Below, in pieces: positions 38,854-50,659 of a DNA stretch of 64,000 nt. The notes under the pieces are model-generated. The model did not search any database, had not been told where the DNA came from, and saw only the letters and a program-made list of their open reading frames with translations. Location: assembly GCA_964016885.1 (NCBI GenBank), contig OZ024741.1, positions 231,198,001 through 231,262,000 on the forward strand. Direction: 5' to 3'. Source of the stretch: Eledone cirrhosa. Its lineage: Eukaryota. A program made the translations under genes and the position numbers. Position 1 is the stretch's first letter. Each line of letters begins with the position of its first letter.

Positions 38854-40058
38854 GTTGGTAATTTTTTTTATTTCATGTGCTAGCAGAAGTTATAGAAATA
38901 TTTTCTTTATAGTCATGTATTCTAAGAAGATTGATAATAAGGTGTACTAACTCCCGAGGTAACACGCTGTACAAAAAGGGAAATAACCACATGCACTTCA
39001 AATACCAAGACTAACAATACTAACAACGGTACAAAATATTATACTACAAATTTTACTACAAACCCTGCAATAGTGTGCAGTAAGAATAGAGTCAACGACG
39101 TTTACTATCAAGCGGGATAACAGGAAAGTGTTGCGTGGAAGAAAACCTAATAATTTGAAATAATCGTTTTCCATACAAATTTCCATAAATTAAACGTTGT
39201 TTTCTTTTTTTACTTTTTACGAACTTCCAATCATATTCTATTGTAATGCGAGCAAATTTGACCAAACTCAGTGTGAAAGCCCAGCGTTCCGTTAATTGAA
39301 GTATGCGGCCGTTATACAGAGTCTAACAGACTTGATTCTGAATAAGTCTTTTGTTGAATACAGATACTCTGCCGTAATTCAATGAATATATTTACTAGTG
39401 TACATATTTCTCATGAATGAATTTATGAATTTCTGTTGAAGAACAATCCTTATAGATGGTATGTATATTTTGAAAATGCAAAATTAATATTCGGGGGTCA
39501 AAATGCATTAAAACCTTCATCGCTAGGTCAGCGATAGTGGCAGATAGTTACAGAATTGAAAATGAGGACAAAACATTTACCATTACAACTATATGTAAAA
39601 GAAAGCGAAGTGATTGATGAAAAAGAAACAGAAAAATAACAACAAAAAACCAGCGAATTCTACACTGTAAGGACGCGGGAGAGAGAGAGAATTGAGAAAG
39701 ACAAAAGTGGGAGCTACATATATATATCAAACAATAATTTAGAGTGAAATTGGGAGAAGAAAATGGGAAAGAAAGGGGAGTGGGAGTAAGAGGAGGAGAC
39801 GAAGAGGGTGACATATTCGGACGTTAGTTGCAAAATGACCCCAGACAGAGAAATATGCTCATCAACTTCCAAAGATTTTAAAAGAATGCTTATTTATAAA
39901 AACTCCAACACGAATGTACTAATTAGAAGTGAAAAATCGGAAATTTAGCTCCAGTTTTTATAATGACATTCGTTCATTAATTCGTTCTTTATTGCTTCAC
40001 ATTATTGGTGGTGATTAACTTGTGTTTTGTTTTCCTTGCAACGACTAAATCACATGTT

Positions 40059-40144
<86 letters not shown>

Positions 40145-40435
40145 CCTCTCTGATCCATAAATTGCATGCATATACACGTCTACACAAACAACATCGGATG
40201 TTTATTTTAGATGTTTACATGCTCAACTACTACTTAATATTTCTTCAATTTGGCCCATATCATGCGTTTATACTGTTATACGTGATTCACATAGGATTCC
40301 ACATGAAAATGTGAAGGTATATTTGGTAAGTGCCCATTGTAAGTGTTTTACTGGACAGGTCAACTGTAATATTGTGTCACTGATGCATAAAAGGCAATTG
40401 AAAACTCTAGTTTAAAACATACTTCTCTTTTGCAG

Positions 40436-40567
40436 AATGCAGTAACGGTACGTTTGGATTAGAATGTAGCAGCACTTGTCATTGCATTGATGATATGTGT
40501 GATTATATAAGTGGTTACTGTGCTAATGGTTGTAACTTTCGATATTTTGATGCTTCCTGCCAAAAGA
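40436..40567 (+). CDS. Exon, EGF-like module type B (132 bp, phase 1-1)
   Basis: CTTCTCTTTTGCAG| and |GTGAGT. (K)CSNGTFGLECSSTCHCIDDMCDYISGYCANGCNFRYFDASCQK. Confidence 0.9.
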
Positions 40568-40959
40568 GTGAGTATGACATAATGTAGATTATATTACACT
40601 TATTTCTAGATAAGTATCAGCATAATAACAGTGAAGTTAGCTAAAATCAATAATGCTGCGACGCCCCGCATATTTGTTTGTAGATCATCCGCAGAAATTC
40701 CCAAGAGGGCTTTAAATACCTTTGTTAGTCAGGACAGTTCACAATGTAAGTGTCGTTCCTTTACTTTACAAAAGTATCTGTACTATTAGGGTCATCATTC
40801 TTATTTCCAGCCGTTTATTATGCTTTTGTCGCATAATTTTTTGTTTTTATTTTTTTACATATATCACGTTGTTGAGACACACTACTTCAAAATATTTCTG
40901 TTTAACATTGACCCGCATATTTTTCTACCGTTAAACATTATAGAGACAATTATTATAGG

Positions 40960-41530
40960 CATAGATGTGCGATCAGCCGAGTCTGTCCGTGATGTGCGCG
41001 GGGAGACGAAACCGTCATGCACGAACTCCTGGGTTCATGTCGAATATCTGCTGTCGCCTGTAGGAAGGATCTGGTGATTAGCTGAGTCCATTATGAAGAT
41101 CACCTCACCCCCCTCATTTAACCAGTGAGGGAAGGCTGTTTGGTATGCCTGGGGTTATAGTGAAAAGGGTCCCATGGTGGATGCGTCTGAAAGGGTTGAA
41201 GACGGGTACTTTCCTCTTCAGTGACGCTATCAATGACTGTGTTAGATTTCACCTGAAAAGGAAAATCAGGCTGGAAGGGGATAAACTGCCTTCAAAGTAA
41301 TTTGTGGAAATGTAGGTGAGAGAGGTCGGAATGGTGTGAGTGAATAAGCCTGTCCTGAGCGTGTGCTTGTAGTATTTGAGGAATACCACTGGGAGATGAC
41401 GAATACTCTAGCGGTCAGGTTAACCGTTTATTTTTGTGAGCTTTCTCCACGAGTAGCCTTCAGTGGTCTTCCCTTATTGGGAAATTTATTGTTTCGTTTC
41501 AATTTTAAACTTTTAAAAACCTTTCTTTTA
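40960..41530 (+). mobile_element. Tx1/L1-clade LINE 3' fragment
   Basis: WVHVEYLLSPVGRIW..RFHLKRKIRLE resembles the C-terminus of the 724-aa ORF. Confidence 0.75.
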
Positions 41531-41642
41531 GTTTACACTCCGAAACTTGCATTGTACCGCAGTGTGCTACTCTAAATATATATTTTTTTGTCAACATTTG
41601 GTGTTAATGAAGAAATAATATCTATTATTTGTTGGGGGGGGG

Positions 41643-42016
41643 GGTCTCAGTCATTGATGTTATTTAACTGTAAATATTGTTGAAATGAACATCAAGCTGC
41701 CACCTGCAGTCTCAGATATTCAGGACGTGTCGGAGTGATCTTACTTTTCCCAACAAGCATACATTTTGAAGTGTTCCAAAAAAGGGGCTAAATTGATTTT
41801 CTTTAACTTGAAAGCTCTTCGGGTGAGTACCTAGTGCTTCTATGACAATCAGGATCTCATCAATTTGATCTTATGACAGTCCCAAATCCTTTTTAATTAC
41901 CACTCAAATCTTGCTCCTGGTTAATTTTCTCCTTCTCCTTTTCTTGCAAATGTGTGTCAGAGAGGCAGGTTACATCCAAAATCGGGCACGATTTTTTTCC
42001 TTGTCAAAAACCACCA
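41643..42016 (-). mobile_element. R4/Dong-clade 3' fragment (same family as 45280-46770), inverted
   Basis: Reverse complement of the 3' UTR CATTTCAACAA..CATCAATGACTGAGAC and of the RLE C-terminus. Confidence 0.75.
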
Positions 42017-42049
42017 CATGATGATAATGATGATGATAATGATAATGAT

Positions 42050-45000
42050 TTCTTTATTGACCACAAGGGTTTACATAAAGTAGACATTAAGGACAGTGCA
42101 GGACAATGCAGGACGGTACAAATGGGCATTTCTGCGTGTAAAAAACAAAAACAGAGGATGTAACAAAAATAACAATGAAAATAACAATGAAAAATTCCCC
42201 AATAGGGGGGAGACTTCGGAGGGACATTTGTGGAGAAAGCCCAGTAAAAAGCCACAATGACCCTGACCACCAAGGCAAGTGCCTTCTCCCAGTTTTCCAC
42301 CTTTAATTTACAGATATATACACAGAGTAGGCCCATTCACTCGGGCCATTCTTGCTTCTCTCACCCATCTTTCAACAAAATGCTGGGAAGAGAGCACTTC
42401 CCTCTCTACTCTGATTTTCCTTTTCAAATGAAATTTGAAAAAGTCAATCAGAGCATCACCGAAGAGGTAAGTGCTCGTCTTCAGCCCTTTCAAACGTGTC
42501 CACCATACTATCTCTTTCGCCATGGCCACCAGACAGATAAAAACTGCCTGCCCTTCCTGGCTAAAGGAGGAGGGCGGGGCAATCCTCACGATGGACTCAG
42601 ATGATAGCTGGATCCGTCCTAAACGCGACAGCAGGTGTTCGACATAAACCCACAAGTCAGCAATGTTCGGACACTGGACGAGTGTGTGCAGGACGGTTTC
42701 GTCGCCCTGCGCGCATCTCGGACATGCCCGGCTGACGGCACCTCCATGCCTGTAGAGTTTATCCCGAACTGGCAAGGCTCCTCGGTAGCACTGCCAGGCC
42801 AGAGATTTCTGGAAGTTGTCCATAGGCCCTGGCCCGAAAGTTCTTCCGAAGAGATTGGCTAGTTGATTTTCGTCGACGCCTAGAGTTTCCCCAAGTACGT
42901 CGTCGCTCTTCCCCTCGACTAATCCTCTATAGAACGCCGAGGTGGAGTTTCCACCGATCACATTGCCCGATTGGTCGAGGGCTGTGAGCGCCTGAAGACA
43001 TTCCAGTCTCCAGGCGCTCCCTCTCGGTCTTCGCTTGACCCAGGACTGCAGCTCCGTCAAGAAAACGAGCTGGGGAAAAACGCGTCTAGCAAACGGCGAC
43101 CACACCTGATCACCGTCGAGGAAGAGGTGGAGATGTCGTAGCCTGAGCGCGTGCCTGCGCATCATCAGCCACGGCATGCCCAGCCCTCCACGTAGCGGGT
43201 GTTGACAACAGATGGACCGCCTGACCATCGGAGCACGTCCCTTCCACAAAAAGCGAAAGAGCAAACGCTCCAGCGCAGTCAGGCGAGGCTTAGGATAAGG
43301 TACGACGGTTAGGCGGTAGCAGATGACAGACGCGATGTACGCGTTAGCCACCGCCGCTCGACCTTTCAGGGATAGCTTCCTCTCCGCCCATTTCTGGGTG
43401 AGAGAAGCCACCCTGCTCGTCACCTCGTCCCAGTTTTTGTCCGCCTGGAGGTCCGGACCGAACCAGACCCCTAGCAATTTAACCGGTCCGTCCGTCCAGC
43501 GCCCGACGACGCTGTTGGAGGGCATGGACCTGCCTCTCCAGGTGCCGAGCTGCAGGCCCACTGACTTTTCCTGGTTGATCATTGCTCCTGTCACCGCTTC
43601 GTATTCTCTTAGTGTAGTGCCGATCGCCTCGATGTGTTTGGCGTTCGACACCACTACGGTGACATCGTCCGCATATGCTGACACGGATCTTCCGCATCCT
43701 AGTTCGCGCGGGACTCTCCTCAACGTCTCCAGTTTGTGCAGTAATGGCTCGAGAGTCAATACGTACAAGAGGGACGAGAGGGGACATCCTTGGCGGGCCG
43801 AGCGCATGATGTTGAACGGTTCCGACAGGTGACCGTTCACTCTCACCACAGAGCAGATGTCGCTGTGCATGGCAGCGATCCAGCCTCTGAAGACGGGCCC
43901 AAAGCCAGCCGCCCTCAGGACTGCCGCTAGGTAACGATGGTCGACCCTATCGAAAGCTTTCGACTGATCTAAATTGATCAAGGACCCACCCGTGCCAGGT
44001 TCCCTAGCTACCCTCTCTACGATGTATCGCATGAGGTGGAGGTTGTCGTGGATGGATCTGTCGGGAATGGCGCATGTCTGCGCCTCTCCCACCAGACCAC
44101 CAACGACAAGCGCCAACCTCTTTGCTAGCACCTTGGCCAAAATCTTAAACTCTGTGTTTAGCAGAGTTATGGGCCGGAAACTTTCTATGTTATCCCCCTT
44201 GTTCGGATCCTTTCTCAGCAGTTCCACCGCTCCTCGGCTCACAGAACTGGGAATTCTCCCGTTCTGTTGCCAGTTGCAGTAGACGTCCGCCAAGAGGCCT
44301 CCGAACAAGTCTGGCATCTGTACGTAAAGTTCATAGGGCAGACCATCCAAACCAGGCGATTTACCCCTTGTGCAGCCAGTCATTGCCTCCCTTACTTCAG
44401 CGGCTGTTATCGGCTTTTCGCAACACTTCGCCTCAGTGGCCGAGAGCCGCGGCAGTCCGTCGAGGTAGACACTAAAGTCCATCCCTCTACCCGGCCCCCC
44501 GCTGCCCCCGAACAGCTGAGTGAAGTGTCGCTAAAAAGCTTCACACATTTGCCCGGGATCGAGTAGCATGCGCCCGTCGTGGTCCACCAAAGACCGGATC
44601 GTGGCTTTGTTGCCACGACGCGCCTCCGCCACTCGGGCCCATTGAACGGCTTTCGTCCCCTCGTGTCTGAGAGCAAGCACCCTAGCTCTGACAACGCAGC
44701 CTTCGTGCTTTGCATTGAAGAATTGGTCAAGGCCCAATTTCGCCGCACGCACGTCGGTCGCAATGCCTTTGCTAAGCGCCTCGTCTAATTTTCTAACTAG
44801 TTCTCCCTCTGCTCTATTTTTCTCTATTGCTAAAGCCTTACTAAACCTAATCGATTCTATTCTAATCGCTCTTTTCAGAGCAAACCACCACTTGTTGTTG
44901 ACGATGGCCCCCGTCAACGCCCGCTTAACTAGTTCGCTAATCCGGTCCCTGTAGGCCTTGCGCGCTGGTGTAGTGACGATTGAGGAAGAAGAAGACGGAA

Positions 45001-45256
45001 TGAGTGGGAGTGACCTATGAAAATTCTTTTTCGTAGCCATGTTGTATTTTTTGTTTAAAATAAATATTGGGCACAAAACCCCAATAAGCAGTTATTTAAC
45101 CCCGAAGGGCCAAATAACGGGCAGAAAGACTCCTCTCACGAGGAGGAGGGTGTTTTTGTCTACAAGTTGGTTAAAGTTTTAAACAATTTACAATTGTTAT
45201 AGCGTTCAAAATTTACAATACCTTACAGAGCCGAGCCTCCGTCAACCATAGCATTC
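42050..45256 (-). mobile_element. Tx1/L1-clade LINE copy A, internally deleted (no ORF1/APE), both termini intact
   Basis: 5' UTR and 3' UTR are near-identical to copy B. The 5' UTR is joined to ORF2 at ~44968. Confidence 0.92.
42308..44482 (-). CDS. LINE ORF2 reverse transcriptase + C-terminal Cys-rich domain (724 aa, open)
   Basis: KSPGLDGLPYE, FRPITLLNTEFKILAK, LDQSKAFDRVDH, RQGCPLS, AYADDV, CPRC..ETVLHTLVQC. Confidence 0.92.
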   Translation of the reverse strand: MDFSVYLDGLPRLSATEAKCCEKPITAAEVREAMTGCTRGKSPGLDGLPYELYVQMPDLFGGLLADVYCNWQQNGRIPSSVSRGAVELLRKDPNKGDNIESFRPITLLNTEFKILAKVLAKRLALVVGGLVGEAQTCAIPDRSIHDNLHLMRYIVERVAREPGTGGSLINLDQSKAFDRVDHRYLAAVLRAAGFGPVFRGWIAAMHSDICSVVRVNGHLSEPFNIMRSARQGCPLSSLLYVLTLEPLLHKLETLRRVPRELGCGRSVSAYADDVTVVVSNAKHIEAIGTTLREYEAVTGAMINQEKSVGLQLGTWRGRSMPSNSVVGRWTDGPVKLLGVWFGPDLQADKNWDEVTSRVASLTQKWAERKLSLKGRAAVANAYIASVICYRLTVVPYPKPRLTALERLLFRFLWKGRAPMVRRSICCQHPLRGGLGMPWLMMRRHALRLRHLHLFLDGDQVWSPFARRVFPQLVFLTELQSWVKRRPRGSAWRLECLQALTALDQSGNVIGGNSTSAFYRGLVEGKSDDVLGETLGVDENQLANLFGRTFGPGPMDNFQKSLAWQCYRGALPVRDKLYRHGGAVSRACPRCAQGDETVLHTLVQCPNIADLWVYVEHLLSRLGRIQLSSESIVRIAPPSSFSQEGQAVFICLVAMAKEIVWWTRLKGLKTSTYLFGDALIDFFKFHLKRKIRVEREVLSSQHFVERWVREARMARVNGPTLCIYL

Positions 45257-45279
45257 AATAATAATAATAATAATAATAA

Positions 45280-46770
45280 GGGAAGAGTGAGAAGGAGTTG
45301 GATGTGCTTGTTGACACTGTCCGTATTTTCAGCAATGATATATGTATGCAATTTGGTATTAGTAAGTGTGGAGTCCTTGTGATGAAGTAGGGTAGATTGA
45401 GCAGAAGTAACGGAATCCAGTTTCCAAGAGGTGAGATGATAAAGGAAATTGACACTGAAGAAGGATACAAGTATTTGGGTGTTCTGGAGGCTGATGACAT
45501 CAAGAACAAAGAAATGAAGGAATTGATCAGATCTGAATACATTCGGAGAGTAAGGAGCGTATTAAAGTCACATCTGAACAGTAGGAATGACATATGTGCA
45601 GTAAATTCCCGAGCTGTGTCTATTATTAGGTACAGTGCGGGAATTCTGAGATGGAATGTTGCTGAACAAAAAGAAATGGATAGGAAGACTAGGAAGCTAT
45701 TGACTATCTACAGCATGTTCCACAAGAGGAGTGATGTCGATAGACACTACTTAAGGAGATCTGAGGGTGGAAGATGTCTTATCTGCATAGAGGACTGTTT
45801 TCAGATGGAGAAAAACAACCTACACAAATACGTGACTGATAGTAAGGAGCCAATGCTCAGAACTGTACTGAAGGAGAGGACAATAGACCAGGGGATGTCC
45901 AAGGAGGAAATAACATCAAGAAGAAAGAGCAGCCTTCAGGAAAAATCCCTTCATAGTACCTTATTTGAGAAAACTGAATTCAGAGATCCACAGACATGGA
46001 ACTGGTTGAAAAGAGGAGACCTTAAAAAGGCCACAGAAGGAATGTTAATGGCTGCGCAAGAGCAGGCCCTCAAAACGAAGTAGTTGAAACACCATATTTA
46101 CAAGGAGGAGGCTAGCCCAATGTGTGGGATCTATGGAGAGAGAGAGGAGACTGTGGCTCACATTGTATCCGAGTGTAAACACCAAGCCCAGTCTCACCAT
46201 AAGGGCTGGACACATGATGTTATGGGCAGGGTGATCTACTGGCACCTATGCAAAGTAAACAATTTACCACATTCTGAGAAGTGGTATGAGCATAAGCCAG
46301 AGTCGGTGATAGAAAACGATCAGGTGAAGGTGCTGTGAGATTTTAGGATACAGACGGAGAAGAAACTGGAACACAATAGACCTGACCTGGTGGTTGTGGA
46401 CAAAGAAAAAAGATCGTGCCTGATTGTGGATGTGGCCTGCCCATTCGACACGAGAGTGCAGGAGAAGGAGAGGGAGAAAATTAACCGATACCAGGACTTA
46501 AAGTGGGAGGTAAAAAGGATTTGGAACTGCCATGAAGTCAAAGTGGTCCCGATTGTCATAGGCGCACTAGGTACTATCTCAAAAGGTTTCCAGGGATGGT
46601 TAAAGAAACTTGGCCCCTTCACGCTTTTTGGAACGCTTCAAAAGGCATGCTTGCTGGGAACAGCAAGAACCCTCCGATACATCCTGAATATCTGAGGCTG
46701 CATGTAGTGGCTTGATATTCATTTCAACAAACTTTCCAGTTAACTAACATCAATGACTGAGACTCAAAGA
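45280..46770 (+). mobile_element. R4/Dong-clade non-LTR retrotransposon, 5'-truncated
   Basis: YKYLGVLE..RYSAGILRW..MDRKTRKLLT; CCHC-like region; RLE RPDLVVVDKEKRSCLIVDVACPFD..KINRYQDL. Flanked by (AAT)n on both sides. Confidence 0.88.
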
Positions 46771-46778
46771 ACAATAAC

Positions 46779-46820
<42 letters not shown>

Positions 46821-47002
46821 TGTTTCTACTTTTGGCACAAGGCCACCAATTACCCAGTGATTTACTGCTACTTTATGTTATCGAACCCGTAAGGATGAAA
46901 GGCAAAGTTATCCTAGTCGAGATTTGAACTCAGAATAGCAAGAGCCGTAAGACTTTGCGTCAAAGCATGACGTCCGACCCTTTACCGATACTGCCAATCA
47001 AC
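46821..47002 (-). mobile_element. tRNA-derived SINE whose tail abuts the (AAT)n tract
   Basis: TTTCTACTTTTGGCACAAGGCC..CGTAAGGATGAAAGGCAAAG..GATTTGAACTCAG..ACCGATACTGCCAATC. Confidence 0.8.
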
Positions 47003-47009
47003 AACTACT

Positions 47010-50000
47010 ATGGCACTGAAATTACCCACTAATAATAGAAATCCCCCTCCTGAAAAAAGCCCCAGCACTACCGGCATAGCTAACAACAACAAAAACAACT
47101 TCCACAAAGGCCAAAAGTATATTATATTAATAATTTCTTTCTTAGACACGCAGGGCTCACATTAAGGAACCACTCAAGATAATAACATTTTAATAAACAA
47201 AAGGAAAAAATCCCGTGACCAAGAATTACCGTGATGGGGGCCGGCGAGGAATAGCTGTGTCTCTAGGGACGGAGGACTCCTCTAGTCTTGGCTGACACTC
47301 ATCCTAGATTTGTAACTTGAAATGATTACCTCGAGGCAGTTAAGGATAAAACGCAACAAAATAAGGCCAAATCACTGACAGTAGAACAAATTAAAGTAAG
47401 GATCGAAAAAATGGAAATAGCGCATGCTCACGATGAAACTCAAAATGAAAACAATGGAATCATCAATTTGAAGAATGAAATTATGTTTGAATGGATGAAA
47501 AGCAAAGAATCTGACATGGGGGAACGAGTCACTCTCCCTAAGATCCAAAACTCCAAACAAAACCAAAGGATAATACACAAGATTAACGAAGCTCACAAAA
47601 ATATTATCATCATACATAAGCTAAATATTACTGATCTAAGTCATCTCTACTATGCATCGGCTAAAGTCACCACTCACTTATGTGGAGTGAAGATGAAAAA
47701 ACAAAGGAATTCCCACAAAAAACCTACTTAGCAAGAGAACATCAATCGCCAAATAAACCTTCTCCGATCTGACATAGAAATGTTCTCAAACTACAAAGTA
47801 GGTGAACAGGTTAAACAAACTAAACTCAGAAAATTTAAAAGAAAATACAATATAAAATCAACAAGCGACATATAGATGTGGATAGAAACAATCAAGCAAA
47901 AAGTGTCGGCCAAAGCTGCTCGTATAATGCGCTTTGAAAAATGCTCTACATTCTATAAGGACAATAATATGTTCAAAAACAATCAAAGAAACTTCTACAG
48001 AAAAATTGGCAAGTCAACATTAACTACTAAATCAATACGACCCAAGGAGGAAGTGCAAGAATTCTGGGAAAAGATCTGGGCCGAAGGAAAAGTTCATAAT
48101 ATACATGCCTCATGGATAGACAGACAAATGAAAGATACAGCCCACCTTGAGGAACGAACATGGGAAAATATAACAGTTAAACATCTGCGTTTAGCTCTTA
48201 GAAAATCCTACAAATGGAAATGCCCCGGGAAAGACAACATACCAAATTTTGGGATAAATGCCTCTACAGAATCTCATGAGCTATTAGCCCAACTTTACAA
48301 TGAATGGTTAAGGAGCCAGAAAAAGATACCATTTTGGCTAGTTAACGGCATTGCATTCCTACTTCCGAAGGATGATGAGACAAATAATCCAAAAAATTAC
48401 AGACCGATAACATGCTTGACCACAATGTATAAAATCTTACCATGTCATAACTGAATATACACATGATCACCTGATAACAAATGATCTATTTCCCAATGAG
48501 CAGAAAGGGTGTAAAACGAGGCTCATATGTCTGTCAGGATCAGCTTTTGGTTAACAAAAAGATACTGGAAGATTGTCATAATAGACACAAAATTCTATCA
48601 ATTGCTTAGATAGACTACAAAAAATGCATTCGATACTTTGCCACACAGTTGGATTGAAAAGTGTTTAGATATTTTCAAAATATCTCCCGTTGTCAGGAGG
48701 TTCCTGTCATTCAGTATGAACACATGAAAAACAACACTCCTTTTGAGTGTTGGTTAATTAATTAATTATCTTATGGAGAAGTTAATATTAATTGTGGAAT
48801 TTTTCAGGGTGACTCTTTATCACCGCTTTTATTCTTCATTGCACTTATACCATTAAGTAAATTGCTGAATGAAACAAAACATGTATATAAAGTCTATGAT
48901 AAAACCATTAATCACTTGTTTTACATGAATGAGCTGAAACTATTTGCAAACAATTATGAGTAATTGCAAGGGCTATTATCCACTGCGAAGCAGTTCAGTG
49001 ATGATATTAAAATGGAGTTTGGACGAGATAAATGCGCCAAAGTCACGTTCACCAGAGGAAAGCTGCTGAGAAGGTCAAACATTAATCTTCATCGGGGTAA
49101 TGTGATAAGAGAACTTGATCAAGAAGAAACCTACAAATATCTAGCTGTATGTGAAGGAGACGGAATCATGCATTCGAAAATGATGGAAATGATAAGGAAG
49201 GAATGTTACCGCAGAGTAAGAGCAATCTTAAGAACGGAGTTTAATGCAAGGAATAGGATCGATGCCATAAACACGCTTGCCATACCAGTAGTAACCTATA
49301 GTTTCAATGTCATCAACTGGTCCCTCACAGATATCCGTAGGCTAGATACGTAAGGTAGAAATTGATTAACCATGCATAGGATGCATCACCCTAAGGTGAT
49401 AGAATATATCTCCCTAGGAAAGAAGGAGGACGTGGATTTATCCAGGTAGATATTGCTTTGAAAACTGCAACAATTGGATTATCTACACTTTAACGGGAGA
49501 CACATGATTGGATGACCAAACTCGTTTTGAAACATGAAAGCATCAAAAGATCATACTCCATTACAAAAGATGCACAAAGATGCAGTAATGAACTACACAT
49601 TTTAGAAGTTCCCTTTACTGCTGAAATGAAACACACAGAATTAGCAAAGAAGGTAAAAGTAACTGCAAAGAAAGAAATGCAAAAGAAACTGGCTAAGAAA
49701 TGGCAAGAAAAGCCTCTGTATGGAAAATACCCAGAAAGAGCTAACAATCCTGATGTTGACTAAACTTTAACCGATTAGTGGTTGGCATCCTCTGGACTGA
49801 AATCGGAACTGAAGGACTGATTATATCAGCACAAGATCAGTGTCTGCCAAAAAAGAAATTATCAAGCCAACATAATAAAAATGGATGCAAACTATTATGC
49901 CGTGTATGTAAAAAAACAACCAGAGACCATTGATCATATAATTTAAATGTGCAGTCCTATATCTCCAACCGAATACCTAAACAGGTACGACAGAGCTGCA

Positions 50001-50612
50001 CAATACATACATTGAGGTAATGTGTAAGCATTTTGACCTCCCCCATCAAAATATTTGTGGGAGCATCAACAACCTCCCGTACTTGAAAAAGATCACATCG
50101 CAATCTTGTGTAACTGTAGCATCCAAACAGACCGGAAAAATAGATGCAAATAGACCTGATACAATACTGAAGGACTTTAAAAAGAGAATATGCCTGTTAA
50201 TTCATATGTCCGTTCCAATAGACAAGAATGTGTCTATAAAAACATTTGTAAAATTGAGCAAATATAAAGACCTGGAGATAGAGATTGGAAAAATGTGGAA
50301 ATTGAGAACTAAAACAATACCAGTGGTTTGTAGGCGCTCTAGGAATGATACCTAAGGGGTCTAATGATTACTTGTCCCAAATCCCAGGAAACCCGCGTAT
50401 AGAAGAAATACAAAAGATAATACTAATGGGAACTGCCCATAAACTAAGGAAGATTCTGTCAATATAATTACATCACAAGACTAAACACCTAAAGATGCAT
50501 GTGTGTGTATGTATGTACTTTCTTGAACATGGCGGACCTTGTTGTCTCTTGAGGTCACTGGTTGTGACTTGGTGATAACTCGTATGAACATAAGGCAAGA
50601 TAAATTCAACTG
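47010..50612 (+). mobile_element. R4/Dong-clade element, second family, degenerate; 5' boundary approximate
   Basis: WKCPGKDNI, NYRPITCLTTMYKIL, GIFQGDSLSP, INHLFYMNELKLF, YKYLAV, ANRPDTILKD..KLSKYKDLEIEI; (TAA)n tail at 50613-50625. Confidence 0.85.
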
Positions 50613-50659
50613 TAATAATAATAATTAAAGTGTTTATATATATATATATTTATTTATTT

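Noticed and set aside
43323-44282. Long plus-strand ORFs opposite the RT (also 55446-55916 and 61242-62200)
   Set aside because: Antisense shadows of GC-rich LINE ORF2.
42308-44482. RT as a prokaryotic retron/DGR/group II intron or a domesticated host gene
   Set aside because: Motifs, UTRs and sibling copies identify it as Tx1/L1-clade LINE ORF2.
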